A stretch of 64,000 nt of DNA, taken from positions 3,906,001-3,970,000 of the forward strand of contig OZ024740.1 of assembly GCA_964016885.1 (NCBI GenBank). Reading direction: 5' to 3'. Positions 30,001 to 42,394 of the stretch are shown here, piece after piece (positions within the stretch are counted from its first letter, which is position 1; every line of letters begins with the position of its first letter). The notes below the pieces were generated by a model that was not told the DNA's origin, did not search any database, and worked only from the letters and a program-made list of their open reading frames with translations. The position numbers and the translations under genes were made by a program. Source of the DNA: Eledone cirrhosa (taxonomy: Eukaryota).

Positions 30001-33000
30001 GTGACATCCCTGTAACTGGTAAGTAAAGACTCCCCCAGGACTGTTAGTGACATCCATGTAACTAGTATGTAAAGACTCCACCAGGACTGTTAGTGACATC
30101 CATGTAACTAGTAAGTAAAGACTCCCCCCAGGACTGTTGGTGACATCCATGTAACTAGTAAGTAAAGACTCCCCCAGGACTGTTAGTGACATCCATGTAA
30201 CTAGCAAGTAAAGACTCCCCCTAGGACTGTTAGTGACCTCCATGTAACTAGTAAGTAAAGACTCCCCCCAGGTCTGTTAGTGACATCCATGTAACTGGTA
30301 AGTAAAGACTCCGCCCAGGACTGTTAGTGACATCCATGTAACTAGTAAGTAAAGACTCATCCCAGGACTGTTAGTGACATCCATGTAACTAGTAAGTATA
30401 TACTCCCCCCAGGACTGTTAGTGACATCCATGTAACTAGTAAGTAAAACTCCCCCCAGGACTGTTGGTGACATCCATGTAACTAGTAAGTAAAGACTCCC
30501 CTAGGACTGTTAGTGACATCCATGTAACTAGTAAGTAAAGACTCCCCCCAGGACTGTTAGTGACATCCATGTAACTAGTAAGTAAAGACTCCCTCTAGGA
30601 CTGTTAGTGACATCCATGTAACTAGTAAGTAAAGACTCCCTCTAGGACTGTTAGTGACATCCATGTAACTAGTAAGTAAAGACTCCCTCTAGGTCTGTTA
30701 GTGACATCCATGTAACTAGTAAGTAAAGACTCCCCCAGGACTGTTAGTGACATCCATGTAACTAGTAAGTAAAGACTCCCCCCAGGTCTGTTAGTGACAT
30801 CCATGTAACTAGTAAGTAAAGACTCCCTCTAGGACTGTTAGTGACATCCATGTAACTAGTAAGTAAAGACTCCCTCTAGGTCTGTTAGTGACATCCATGT
30901 AACTAGTAAGTAAAGACTCCCCCAGGACTGTTAGTGACATCCATGTAACTAGTAAGTAAAGGCTCCCCCAGGACTGTTAGTGACATCCATGTAACTAGTA
31001 AGTAAAGACTCCCCTAGGTCTGTTAGTGACATCAATGTAACTAGTAAGTAAAGAATCCCCCCAGGACTGTTAGTGACATCCATGTAACTAGTAAGTAAAG
31101 ACTCCCTCTAGGACTGTTAGTGACATCAATGTAACTAGTAAGTAAAGACTCCCCCCAGGACTGTTAGTGACATCAATGTAACTAGTAAGTAAAGACTCCC
31201 TCTAGGTCTGTTAGTGACATCCATGTAACTAGTAAGTAAAGACTCCCCCCAGGACTGTTAGTGACATCAATGTAACTAGTAAGTAAAGACTCCCCCCAGG
31301 ACTGTTAGTGACATCCATGTAATTAGTAAGTAAAGACTCCCCCCAGGACTGTTGGTGACATCCATGTAACTAGTAAGTAAAGACTCCCCCCAGGAATGTT
31401 AGTGACATCCATGTAACTAGTAAGTAAAGACTCCCCCTAGGACTGTTAGTGACATCCATGTAACTAGTAAGTAAAGACTCCCCCCAGGACTGTTAGTGAC
31501 ATCCATGTAACTAGTAAGTAAAGACTCCACCCAGGACTGTTAGTGACATCCATGTAACTAGTAAGTAAAGACACCACTAGGACTGTTAGTGACATCCATG
31601 TAACTAGTAAGTAAAGACTCCCCCCAGGAATGTTAGTGACATCCATGTAACTAGTAAGTAAAGACTCCCTCTAGGACTGTTAGTGACATCCATGTAACTA
31701 GTAAGTAAAGACTCCCCCAGCACTGTTAGTGACATCCATGTAACTAGTAAGTAAAGACTCCCCCAGGACTGTTAGTGACATCCATGTAACTAGTAAGTAA
31801 ATACTCCCCCCAGGACTGTTAGTGACATCCATGTAACTAGTAAGTAAAGATTCCCCCAGACCTGTTAGTGACATCCATGTAGCTAGTAAGTAAAGACTCC
31901 CCCCATGACTGTTAGTTGCATCCATGTAACTAGTAAGTAAAGACTCCCCCAGGTCTGTTAGTGACATCCATGTAACAAGTAAGTAAAGACTCCCCCTAGG
32001 ACTGTTAGTGACATCCATGTAACTAGTAAGTAAAGACTCCCCCTAGGACTGTTAGTGACATCCATGTAACTAGTAAGTAAAACTCCCCTAGGACTGTTAG
32101 TGACATCCATGTAACTGGTAAGTAAAGACTCCCCCAGGTCTGTTAGTTACATCCATGTAAATAGTAAGTAAAGACTCCCCCCAGGCCTGTTAGTGACATC
32201 CATGTAACTAGTAAGTAAAGACTCCCCCCAGGACTGTTAGTGACATCCATGTAACTAGTAAGTAAAGACTCCCCCCAGGACTGTTAGTGACATCCATGTA
32301 ACTAGTAAGTAAAGACTCCCCTAGGACTGTTAGTTGCATCCATGGAACTAGTAAGTAAAGACTCCCCTAGGACTGTTAGTGACATCCATTTAACTAGTAA
32401 GTAAAGAATCCCCCCAGGACTTTTGGTGACATCCATGTAACTAGTAAGTAAAGACTCCCTCTAGGACTGTTAGTGACATCCATGTAACTAGTAAGTAAAG
32501 ACTCCCCCCAGGACTGTTAGTGACATCCATGTAACTAGTAAGTAAAGACTCCCTCTAGGACTGTTAGTGACATCCATGTAACTAGTAACTAAAGACTCCC
32601 CCAGGAGTGTTAGTGACATCCATGTAACTAGTAAGTAAAGACTCCCCCCAGGACTGTTAGTGACATCCATGTAACTAGTAAGTAAAGACTCCCCCCAGGA
32701 CTGTTAGTGACATCCATGTAACTAGTAAGTAAAGACTCCCCTAGGACTGTTAGTGACATCCATGTAACTAGTAAGTAAAGACTCCCCTAGGACTGTTAGT
32801 GACATCCATGTAACTAGTAAGTAAAGACTCCTCTAGGACTGTTAGTGACATCCATGTAACTAGTAAGTAAAGACTCCCCCAGGACTGTTAGTGACATCCA
32901 TGTAACTAGTAAGTAAAGACTCCCCCAGGACTGTTAGTGACATCCATGTAACTAGTAAGTAAAGACTCCCCCTAGGACTGTTAGTGACATCCATGTAACT

Positions 33001-36000
33001 AGTAAGTAAACACTCCCCCAGGACTGTTAGTGACATCCATGTAACTAGTAAGTAAATACTCCCTCTAGGACTGTTAGTGACATCCATGTAACTAGTAAGT
33101 AAAGACTCCCCTAGGTCTGTTAGTGACATCCATGTAACTAGTAAGTAAAGACTCCCCCTAGGACTGTTAGTGACATCCATGTAACTAGTAAGTAAAGACT
33201 CCCCTAGGTCTGTTAGTGACATCCATGTAACTAGTAAGTAAAGACTCCCCTAGGACTGTTAGTGACATCCATGTAACTAGTAAGTAAAGACTCCCCCCAG
33301 GACTGTTAGTAACATCCAAGTAACTAGTAAGTAAAGACTCCCCCTAGGTCTGTTAGTGACATCCATGTAACTAGTAAGTAAAGACTCCCCCCAGGACTGT
33401 TAGTGACATCCATGTAACTAGTAAGTAAAGACTCCCTCTAGGACTGTTTGTGACATCCATGTAACTAGTAAGTAAAGACTCCCCCCAGGACTGTTAGTGA
33501 CATCCATGTAACTAGTAAGTAAAGACTCCCCCCAGGACTGTTAATGACATCCATGTAACTAGTAAGTAAAGACTCCCCTAGGACTGTTAGTGACATCCAT
33601 GTAACTAGTAAGTAAAGACTCCCCCCAGGACTGTTAGTGACATCCATGTAACTAGTAAGTAAAGACTCCCCCCAGGACTGTTAGTGACATCCATGTAACT
33701 AGTAAGTAAAGACTCCTCTAGGTCTGTTAGTGACATCCATGTAACTAGTAAGTAAAGACTCCCCCTAGGACTGTTAGTGACATCCATGTAACTAGTAAGT
33801 AAAGACTCCCTCTAAGACTGTTAGTGACATCCATGTAACTAGTAAGTAAAGACTCCCCCTAGGTCTGTCAGTGACATCCATGTAACTAGTAAGTAAAGAC
33901 TCCCCTAGGTCTGTTAGTGACATCCATGTAACTAGTAAGTAAAGACTCCCTCTAGGACTGTTAGTGACATCCATGTAACTAGTAAGTAAAGACTCCCCCA
34001 GGACTGTTAGTGACATCCATGTAACTAGTAAGTAAATACTCCCCCCAGGACTGTTAGTGACATCCATGTAACTAGTAAGTAAAGATTCCCCCAGGCCTGT
34101 TAGTGACATCCATGTAACTAGTAAGTAAAGACTCCCCCCATGACTGTTAGTTGCATCCATGTAACTAGTAAGTAAAGACTCCCCCAGGTCTGTTAGTGAC
34201 ATCCATGTAACAAGTAAGTAAAGACTCCCCCTAGGACTGTTAGTGACATCCATGTAACTAGTAAGTAAAACTCCCCTAGGACTGTTAGTGACATCCATGT
34301 AACTGGTAAGTAAAGACTCCCCCAGGTCTGTTAGTTACATCCATGTAAATAGTAAGTAAAGACTCCCCCCAGGCCTGTTAGTGACATCCATGTAACTAGT
34401 AAGTAAAGACTCCCCCCAGGACTGTTAGTGACATCCATGTAACTAGTAAGTAAAGACTCCCCCCAGGACTGTTAGTGACATCCATGTAACTAGTAAGTAA
34501 AGACTCCCCTAGGACTGTTAGTTGCATCCATGGAACTAGTAAGTAAAGACTCCCCTAGGACTGTTAGTGACATCCATTTAACTAGTAAGTAAAGAATCCC
34601 CCCAGGACTGTTGGTGACATCCATGTAACTAGTAAGTAAAGACTCCCTCTAGGACTGTTAGTGACATCCATGTAACTAGTAAGTAAAGACTCCCCCCAGG
34701 ACTGTTAGTGACATCCATGTAACTAGTAAGTAAAGACTCCCTCTAGGACTGTTAGTGACATCCATGTAACTAGTAACTAAAGACTCCCCCAGGAGTGTTA
34801 GTGACATCCATGTAACTAGTAAGTAAAGACTCCCCCCAGGACTGTTAGTGACATCCATGTAACTAGTAAGTAAAGACTCCCCCCAGGACTGTTAGTGACA
34901 TCCATGTAACTAGTAAGTAAAGACTCCCCTAGGACTGTTAGTGACATCCATGTAACTAGTAAGTAAAGACTCCCCTAGGACTGTTAGTGACATCCATGTA
35001 ACTAGTAAGTAAAGACTCCTCTAGGACTGTTAGTGACATCCATGTAACTAGTAAGTAAAGACTCCCCTAGGACTGTTAGTGACATCCATGTAACTAGTAA
35101 GTAAAGACTCCCTCTAGCACTGTTAGTGACATCCATGTAACTAGTATGTAAATACTCCCCTAGGTCTGTTAGTGACATCCATGTAACTAGTAAGTAAAGA
35201 CTCCCCCAGGACTGTTAGTGACATCCATGTAACTAGTAAGTAAAGACTCCCCCAGGACTGTTAGTGACATCCATGTAACTAGTAAGTAAAGACTCCCCCT
35301 AGGACTGTTAGTGACATCCATGTAACTAGTAAGTAAAGACTCCCCCAGGACTGTTAGTGACATCCATGTAACTAGTAAGTAAAGACTCCCTCTAGGACTG
35401 TTAGTGACATCCATGTAACTAGTAAGTAAAGACTCCCCTAGGTCTGTTAGTGACATCCATGTAACTAGTAAGTAAAGACTCCCCCTAGGACTGTTAGTGA
35501 CATCCATGTAACTAGTAAGTAAAGACTCCCCCCAGGACTGTTAGTGACATCCATGTAACTAGTAAGTAAAGACTCCCCCCAGGACTGTTAGTGACATCCA
35601 TGTAACTAGTAAGTAAAGACTCCCCTAGGACTGTTAGTGACATCCATGTAACTAGTAAGTAAAGACTCCCCTAGGACTGTTAGTGACATCCATGTAACTA
35701 GTAAGTAAAGACTCCTCTAGGACTGTTAGTGACATCCATGTAACTAGTAAGTAAAGACTCCCCTAGGACTGTTAGTGACATCCATGTAACTAGTAAGTAA
35801 AGACTCCCTCTAGCACTGTTAGTGACATCCATGTAACTAGTATGTAAATACTCCCCTAGGTCTGTTAGTGACATCCATGTAACTAGTAAGTAAAGACTCC
35901 CCCAGGACTGTTAGTGACATCCATGTAACTAGTAAGTAAAGACTCCCCCAGGACTGTTAGTGACATCCATGTAACTAGTAAGTAAAGACTCCCCCTAGGA

Positions 36001-37825
36001 CTGTTAGTGACATCCATGTAACTAGTAAGTAAAGACTCCCCCAGGACTGTTAGTGACATCCATGTAACTAGTAAGTAAAGACTCCCTCTAGGACTGTTAG
36101 TGACATCCATGTAACTAGTAAGTAAAGACTCCCCTAGGTCTGTTAGTGACATCCATGTAACTAGTAAGTAAAGACTCCCCCTAGGACTGTTAGTGACATC
36201 CATGTAACTAGTAAGTAAAGACTCCCCTAGGTCTGTTAGTGACATCCATGTAACTAGTAAGTAAAGACTCCCCTAGGACTGTTAGTGACATCCATGTAAC
36301 TAGTAAGTAAAGACTCCCCCCAGGACTGTTAGTAACATCCATGTAACTAGTAAGTAAAGACTCCCCCTAGGTCTGTTAGTGACATCCATGTAACTAGTAA
36401 GTAAAGACTCCCCCCAGGACTGTTAGTGACATCCATGTAACTAGTAAGTAAAGACTCCCTCTAGGACTGTTTGTGACATCCATGTAACTAGTAAGTAAAG
36501 ACTCCCCCCAGGACTGTTAGTGACATCCATGTAACTAGTAAGTAAAGACTCCCCCCAGGACTGTTAGTGACATCCATGTAACTAGTAAGTAAAGACTCCC
36601 CTAGGACTGTTAGTGACATCCATGTAACTAGTAAGTAAAGACTCCCCCCAGGACTGTTAGTGACATCCATGTAACTAGTAAGTAAAGACTCCCCCCAGGA
36701 CTGTTAGTGACATCCATGTAACTAGTAAGTAAAGACTCCTCTAGGTCTGTTAGTGACATCCATGTAACTAGTAAGTAAAGACTCCCCCTAGGACTGTTAG
36801 TGACATCCATGTAACTAGTAAGTAAAGACTCCCTCTAAGACTGTTAGTGACATCCATGTAACTAGTAAGTAAAGACTCCCACTAGGTCTGTCAGTAACAT
36901 CCATGTAACTAGTAAGTAAAGACTCCCCTAGGTCTGTTAGTGACATCCATGTAACTAGTAAGTAAAGACTCCCCCCAGGACTGTTAGTGACATCCATGTA
37001 ACTAGTAAGTAAAGACTCCTTCTAGGACTGTTAGTGACATCCATGTAACTAGTAAGTAAAGACTCCCTCTAGGTCTGTTAGTGACATCCATGTAACTAGT
37101 CAGTAAAGACTCCCTCTAGGACTGTTAGTGACATCCATGTAACTAGTAAGTAAAGACTCCCTCTAAGACTGTTAGTGACATCCATGTAACTAGTAAGTAA
37201 AGACTCCCTCTAGGTCTGTTAGTGACATCCATGTAACTAGTAAGTAAAGACTCCCTCTAGGACTGTTAGTGACATCCATGTAACTAGTAAGTAAAGACTC
37301 CCTCTAGGACTGTTAGTGACATCCATGTAACTAGTAAGTAAAGACTCCCCCAGGACTGTTAGTGACATCCATGTAACTAGTAAGTATTGACTCCCCCAGG
37401 ACTGTTAGTGACATCCATGTAACTAGTAAGTATAGACTCCCCCAGGACTGTTAGTGACATCCATGTAACTAGTAAGTAAAGACTCCCCCAGGACTGTTAG
37501 TGACATCCATGTAACTAGTAAGTAAAGACTCCCCCAGGACTGTTAGTGACATCCATGTAACTAGTCATTAAAGACTCCCCCTAGGACTGTTAGTGACATC
37601 CATATAACTAGTAAGTAAAGACTCCCTCTAGGTCTGTTAGTGACATCCATGTAACTAGTAAGTAAAGACTCCCTCTAGGACTGTTAGTGACATCCATGTA
37701 ACTAGTAAGTAAAGACTCCCCCTAGGACTGTTAGTGACATCCATGTAACTAGTAAGTAAAGACTCCCCCAGGACTGTTAGTGACATCCATGTAACTAGTA
37801 AGTAAAGACTCCCTCTAGGACTGTT
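1..37825. repeat. Large tandem satellite array, 46/47-bp monomer (consensus GTGACATCCATGTAACTAGTAAGTAAAGACTCCCCCCAGGACTGTTA), about 810 copies, open at the left window edge
   Basis: Uninterrupted head-to-tail repetition is directly visible. The length variant comes from the C-tract. Most monomers carry a SpeI site (ACTAGT). The array ends abruptly at ...ggactgtt|taaaattt. Confidence 0.99.
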
Positions 37826-37967
37826 TAAAATTTAAAGAGAAGCAAGTGAGATAATTTCAATAAAACAACACTGGTTTGGAATGGAGGATACGTATGGAGG
37901 GTGTTAGTTGCATAAAGAAGTGCCAAGTGCTTAAAATGGTTGAAATATATGAGTATATATATGGTAT

Positions 37968-38583
37968 ATAATAATAATGAAACTATTGTGTACAGTGCTC
38001 AAGTGCACTACAACTCATCAAAGGTGCATGTATAGTACATAGAATAATGTACAAATGTCAGGGAAGTGAATAGTGTATGAGTATGAATCATGACACACAC
38101 ACATACACATGTGTGAATGGACGAGGAATATCAGGTGTAGTATTGGCAAATTTCAGGAAGCATGGAGATTTTAAAGGATGCAGTGTCCTGACAGCTAGCA
38201 ACTGATGTAGGTAGTTTGTTGCATGGAGGTTTTAAAGGATGCAGTGTCTCGACAGCTAACAACTGATGTAGGTAGTTTGTTCCATGGATGTTTTAAAGGA
38301 TGCAGTGTCTCGACAGCTAACAACTGATGCAGGTAGTTTGTTCCATGGAGGTTTTAAAGGATGCAGTGTCTCGACAGCTAATAACTGATGCAGGTAGTTT
38401 GTTCCATGGATGTTTCAAAGGATGCATTCTCTCGACAGCTAACAACTGATGCAGGTAGTTTGTTCCATGGAGGTTTTAAAGGATGCAGTGCCTCGACAGC
38501 TAACAACTGATGTTGGTAGTTTGTTCCATGCTTCAGCAACTATGAGGGTGAAAAAATATTTCAGAAAGTCATGGGAGCTGTGG
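37968..38583 (-). mobile_element. 3'-terminal fragment of a CR1-clade LINE, same family as 47227-49073
   Basis: Aligns by eye with about 47227-47515: the ataataatgaaa.tattg tail, gtgctca.gtgcactacaa and ccatgcttcagcaact.tgag.gtgaaaaaat.tttc.gaaagtcatggga. Confidence 0.88.
38161..38526. repeat. 61-bp minisatellite, 6 copies, inside the LINE fragment
   Basis: Units beginning catgga start at 38161, 38222, 38283, 38344, 38405 and 38466. Confidence 0.95.
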
Positions 38584-38840
38584 GCAGTATACCTGGTCAT
38601 ATATTTTCCAGCTTTTATATATGAGTATATACCATATATCTGTATAGTTTACCTCATCAGTTTTTGTTTCAGTCTTGCCAGGCTGGCAATCTAGCAAACA
38701 TGACATTCTAGATAGGAGCAGGTCTCAGATATATTGTTATAGACAATCTTTAGTAAATGTCTAAAACACTTCTTCATTTTCACATCAATGTAGCCATGCA
38801 CCACTGGGATTTGTGGTCAGACTGCAAAACACGTAATCAA

Positions 38841-39058
38841 TGAGTGCCCAGATCTCTATCCACCTGAAAGTGTGCACCTCACACACCTTAAACCCACCAA
38901 CATGAGCTGGTTGCAGCACCTGGAGACACCATATGGTGAGTGCCCAGATCACTATCCACCTGAGTGTGGAGCTTGTGAACCCTAATACAACCACCATGAG
39001 CTGGTTGCAGCACCTGGGGGACATCATATGGTAAGTGCCCAGACCTCTGCTCATCTGC
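38841..39058. repeat. Diverged tandem repeat of about 96 bp, about 2.3 copies
   Basis: t(g/a)agtgcccaga occurs at 38841, 38937 and 39032, and catgagctggttgcagcacctgg occurs twice. Confidence 0.8.
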
Positions 39059-39734
39059 ACCTTAATCCCACTGCTTTCAGCTGGTGCCTGGTGGCTGTTA
39101 TATGATTGCTGTTTCATATGAAAGAAGAAGAAGAAGGCTACACATGTCAGTGAAATACTGAATTACATACATGCTAATTTAACGCGGTAGGCATTCGATT
39201 TATCAAACAACTGAATGCTTATTGATGTAACCGAAGATTGATCTATGATCATCATAAAACAAATGTTTACTACATGTATATATAACTCCAGCTTTTCATT
39301 TTTACATCAAAATATTGGCAGCCATATTACCAAATGGAATATGGCTGCCAACTCATTTGTGTCAGCCAATATATTTTCAAATGGCAGAGCCTGATCAATC
39401 AGACACAATGTGGTCAAGTATTTTATTATCTTGATTACATGGTCTCTACCTGGAGATAGCCTCTCATGTTTCCTTATTTTATACATGTAGTTATTTCTGG
39501 AATAGAAATTAATCTGGACAACTTAAAACCACAAACTTTCCATTTTTCTGCTGTTTTTAACTCAGAGTTCTTTCAGCTATTGTTGGCTTTTCACTCTTTA
39601 AATGTTTCTATTATTATTATTATTGATTCTGGTTTTAATATAATTGACTTTCTCCCCCCACCCCCACCCCAAATTGTTGACCTTGAGCCTAAATTAGAAA
39701 CCATTATTGTTGTTGTTGTTATTTTTGTCATTAT

Positions 39735-39960
39735 CAAGTTGGTGGATTGGCAGAATTGTTTGAGCATTGGAACAAATGCTTTGCTGCATTTGTTTTGGTG
39801 CTTTACATTCTGAGTTCAAATCCTGTCAAGATTAGCTTTGTCTTTCATCCTTACTGGGTTGTTAAAATAAAGTACCAGTAATGCACTGGGGTCGATTTGA
39901 TCGACTTTCCCCTCCCCCAAAATGTCTGGCCTTGTGCCTAAATCAGAAACCATTGTTACT
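39735..39960 (+). mobile_element. tRNA-derived SINE with a Meta-domain-like core; a partial 3' tail of another copy lies just upstream at about 39643-39710
   Basis: A-box-like ggattggcagaattg, B-box gagttcaaatcc and core ctttcatccttactgggttgttaaaataaagtaccag. Homologous to 43354-43545. Confidence 0.8.
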
Positions 39961-40348
39961 ATTGTTGTGTTTTTCTCTTCAGTTTTGTTTCAATTTCTTG
40001 CCAAATGTCTTCCCGACACATAAGGCAGAGAAACTGCCACTAAAATAAACACACCAGATTGTTCACATCACACACTTTACACAGTTACAAGAGTATCATT
40101 TGCTTTATACATACATGTGTACATTATCTGTTTAAAATCATAGTTACAGAATAATAATCAATCATATAAGAGTGCTCAATTATTTACAACTTACATAATT
40201 ATGGAATATAATCAAATCAAAGTTATATAAAAAACAATTACAAAGGGAATTATCGTTTTTACAACAATAGTGCTGTCTCAATAAGTGTGCTGTACCAGTT
40301 AAAACAATTTTTTACACTTCTTGCAGTAATGGTAAGCTAGGGATCATT

Positions 40349-40576
40349 TTAATCCCTTGGCATTTACATTACTCTTTATATACTAATGTATATTTGTAGT
40401 AAAGGCTTTATCTTATATAATTATTTCACAGAATATTGAATCAACATGATTTTGATGCTATTTATTTTGAGAACAGTACCTAACATAAGTATGAGCAACC
40501 AGTTATGGCCTGTTTCAACAAAAATAAGTGAGAAAATTATGGCCGGATGCGACCGGTTTAAATGCTAAAGGGTTAA
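40349..40576. mobile_element. MITE with TTAA flanks and (C)CCTTTAGCATTT-like terminal inverted repeats (piggyBac-type ends), copy 1
   Basis: ttaa-tcccttggcattt ... aaatgctaaaggg-ttaa. The internal sequence is similar to 43697-43897. Confidence 0.7.
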
Positions 40577-40780
40577 AATAATTTACTGTTCCTTTTTTAT
40601 CATTCCTAGTACTAGAATCACTGGTTTTGCGATCACCTTGAGATGCTACATTTTTTACAATTTCAATCTGCAAGTTTTTATATTTTCTGAGCTTGTCAAA
40701 TTCTTTTGCCACACCATCACAGAGGGTGCTCACATTAATCAATAAACAGGCTTTGTTATTTTGGTCTTTTATTATTATTA
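40577..40780 (-). pseudogene. Fragment of the restriction-like endonuclease domain of an R4/Dong-like non-LTR retrotransposon
   Basis: The minus strand reads IIIKDQNNKACLLINVSTLCD..KEFDKLRKYKNLQIEI, then after a frameshift KM*HLK...PVILVLGMIKK. This matches the DIIIKD..C.LIDV.IP.D...KE..K..KY.DL..EI..MW...PVIVGALG pattern. Confidence 0.7.
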
Positions 40781-41354
40781 TTGTTATTATTGTGATTATT
40801 TAGATAACGACGTAAGTGATATGTTACAGTTAAGTTTACTGGAACTGAACTATTGGTGGCGCCACTTTGTAGGGAATGATGGTTGTAGTCATGGTAATGC
40901 TAGGGGGAGGGGGATAATCAGGAAACTGATGAGCAGGGTTGGGGTTGGTGACTACAATACATCCCACTCCCCACCACAACAAAAATAACAAAGAAAGAAA
41001 AGAAGGAGGAAAAGAAAGAAACAAACAAACACATATGAAATTCGTTTTGGTAATTCAGAGTTTTAGTGGCCAACAAGTCCGAGATGGGAATCTCAAGATG
41101 AATTATTGGAATTATTCTTACTTAAAGGTTAATGACTGCTGGATTAATTAGAGAGAAATACTAATACTAACCCCCTTTAATGAGTCATCATGAGATAGAG
41201 AAGGTGGAGCTGGGGAATGGTCAAAGTAGGAGGAAAGGAAAGAGAAATTATATGTTGTATACACTTGGCTGCTATTTCTAGCAGGCTTTGTATGACATTA
41301 CCTAGTGCCAATCACTTTACCAGGTATAAGGCACCAGTAGTAGAAAGATGGTTG

Positions 41355-41705
41355 TGTCCTCTCTTTTACTACATAGTCTATAGTGCAACCAGAACCACCA
41401 GCAAGAACCTAAAAAAACAAGCAACCTACATAGGCTTAACAACAAACACTTTTAAAACATGTTACAAACAACATATTCACATTCTTTGAAACACAAATGA
41501 TACCTCTTTATCCAGTCATACATGGTCCTCCTAGTTCAATAAAATACCCCACAACATCACATGGAAAATTATTACTTCTGCCCTCCCTAACCAAGCAAAT
41601 AACCAATTCTGCCAATTATACAGAACTGAAATTCTATTTTCCAAAACCAACACCTTGAACTACTATCTTCCAGCAAACACAAATTTTCTCAAACCTCAAA
41701 CTCTT
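41355..41705 (+). pseudogene. Degraded GIY-YIG endonuclease domain of a Penelope-like element
   Basis: IVYSAT...TYIGLTTNTFKTCYKQH, then TSLSSHTW...HNITWKII...FCQL..TE...TLN...KHKF. This is the typical C-terminal motif order of marine-invertebrate PLEs, with stops and frameshifts. Confidence 0.78.
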
Positions 41706-41724
41706 TAACACTTAAATTTCAGAG

Positions 41725-42335
41725 ACTACACAACTTCACATTTACCTGGACAATTTGCAATGTTAATGCAAATACTGTTGGGAGAGTTTCTAGAGTTTTG
41801 CATATTATGTGTTTTTTGTGTTGGTTAACTTATAGTGGTTGATGTCAGCGATGGTCTGGTCAAAGGTTTTAGTTGTAGAGAATGATAGTTTGTTGTGCTT
41901 GTTGATTAACTTGTGATACTTTGGTACTTGGGGAAATGTTTATCAAGTTGTCTGAATAATTTTGCTGCTTCTGGTGTTGAGATTTGCATGTTGTAGGTGG
42001 GTTGAACCAAATAACTTTCATGTTTCTGATCTTATTTTTATTTTGTTTTAGTTGTTAGTGTGTACTTGTACTGTATTTTGTTTCCGCACACGTTCTTTGG
42101 TAAAGTGTTACTGCAGGGAGTAGCTATTTCTTTGAAAACAGATTTGTTGAGGACAAGTTGAGTAATAGTGCACACACACATACATACATACATACATACA
42201 TACATATTATATATAAACATATATACACATTTTAGTTTTGCATCTAGAATATAGCTAGCCTGTCTTTTTGTTTGTCTTTTGTGGCATTGGCGGAGGTTGT
42301 GTTGATATGATGGCTTTTTTTGTTTGTTTATATAC

Positions 42336-42340
<5 letters not shown>
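41725..42340 (-). pseudogene. Degraded RT-thumb and linker region of a Penelope-like element
   Basis: The minus strand reads, across frameshifts, NKSVFKEIATP...KVIWFNPP..LDKHFP..YHKLINKH..KLSFSTT...CINIANCPGKC. WFNPP, DKHFP and a Cys cluster form the characteristic PLE linker. Confidence 0.72.

Positions 42341-42342
<2 letters not shown>

Positions 42343-42391
<49 letters not shown>
42343..42391. repeat. (TA)n microsatellite
   Basis: Directly visible. Confidence 0.97.

Positions 42392-42394
<3 letters not shown>

Noticed and set aside
147-36997. About 100 minus-strand ORFs of the MDVTNSPGGSLYLLVTWMSLT type
   Set aside because: They are translations of the satellite. Open length depends only on the order of 46- and 47-bp monomers, and frames stop frequently.
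1-37825. CRISPR-like array (palindromic repeat plus variable part)
   Set aside because: The variable parts are point and length variants of one short sequence, not unique spacers. There are no cas genes and the context is eukaryotic.
1-37825. Hammerhead ribozyme in the 47-bp satellite, as in newt or schistosome satellites
   Set aside because: The consensus has no CUGANGA or GAAA core on either strand.
37826-38530. Origin of the 47-bp satellite from the adjacent LINE or its 61-bp unit
   Set aside because: Only CCATG and one 12-bp match (tgttagttgcat at 37902) are shared, which is compatible with chance.
38785-39117. 110-aa ORF with an IDYV motif (possible AP endonuclease remnant or exon)
   Set aside because: It is largely made of the 96-bp repeat and has no further motifs in the expected order.
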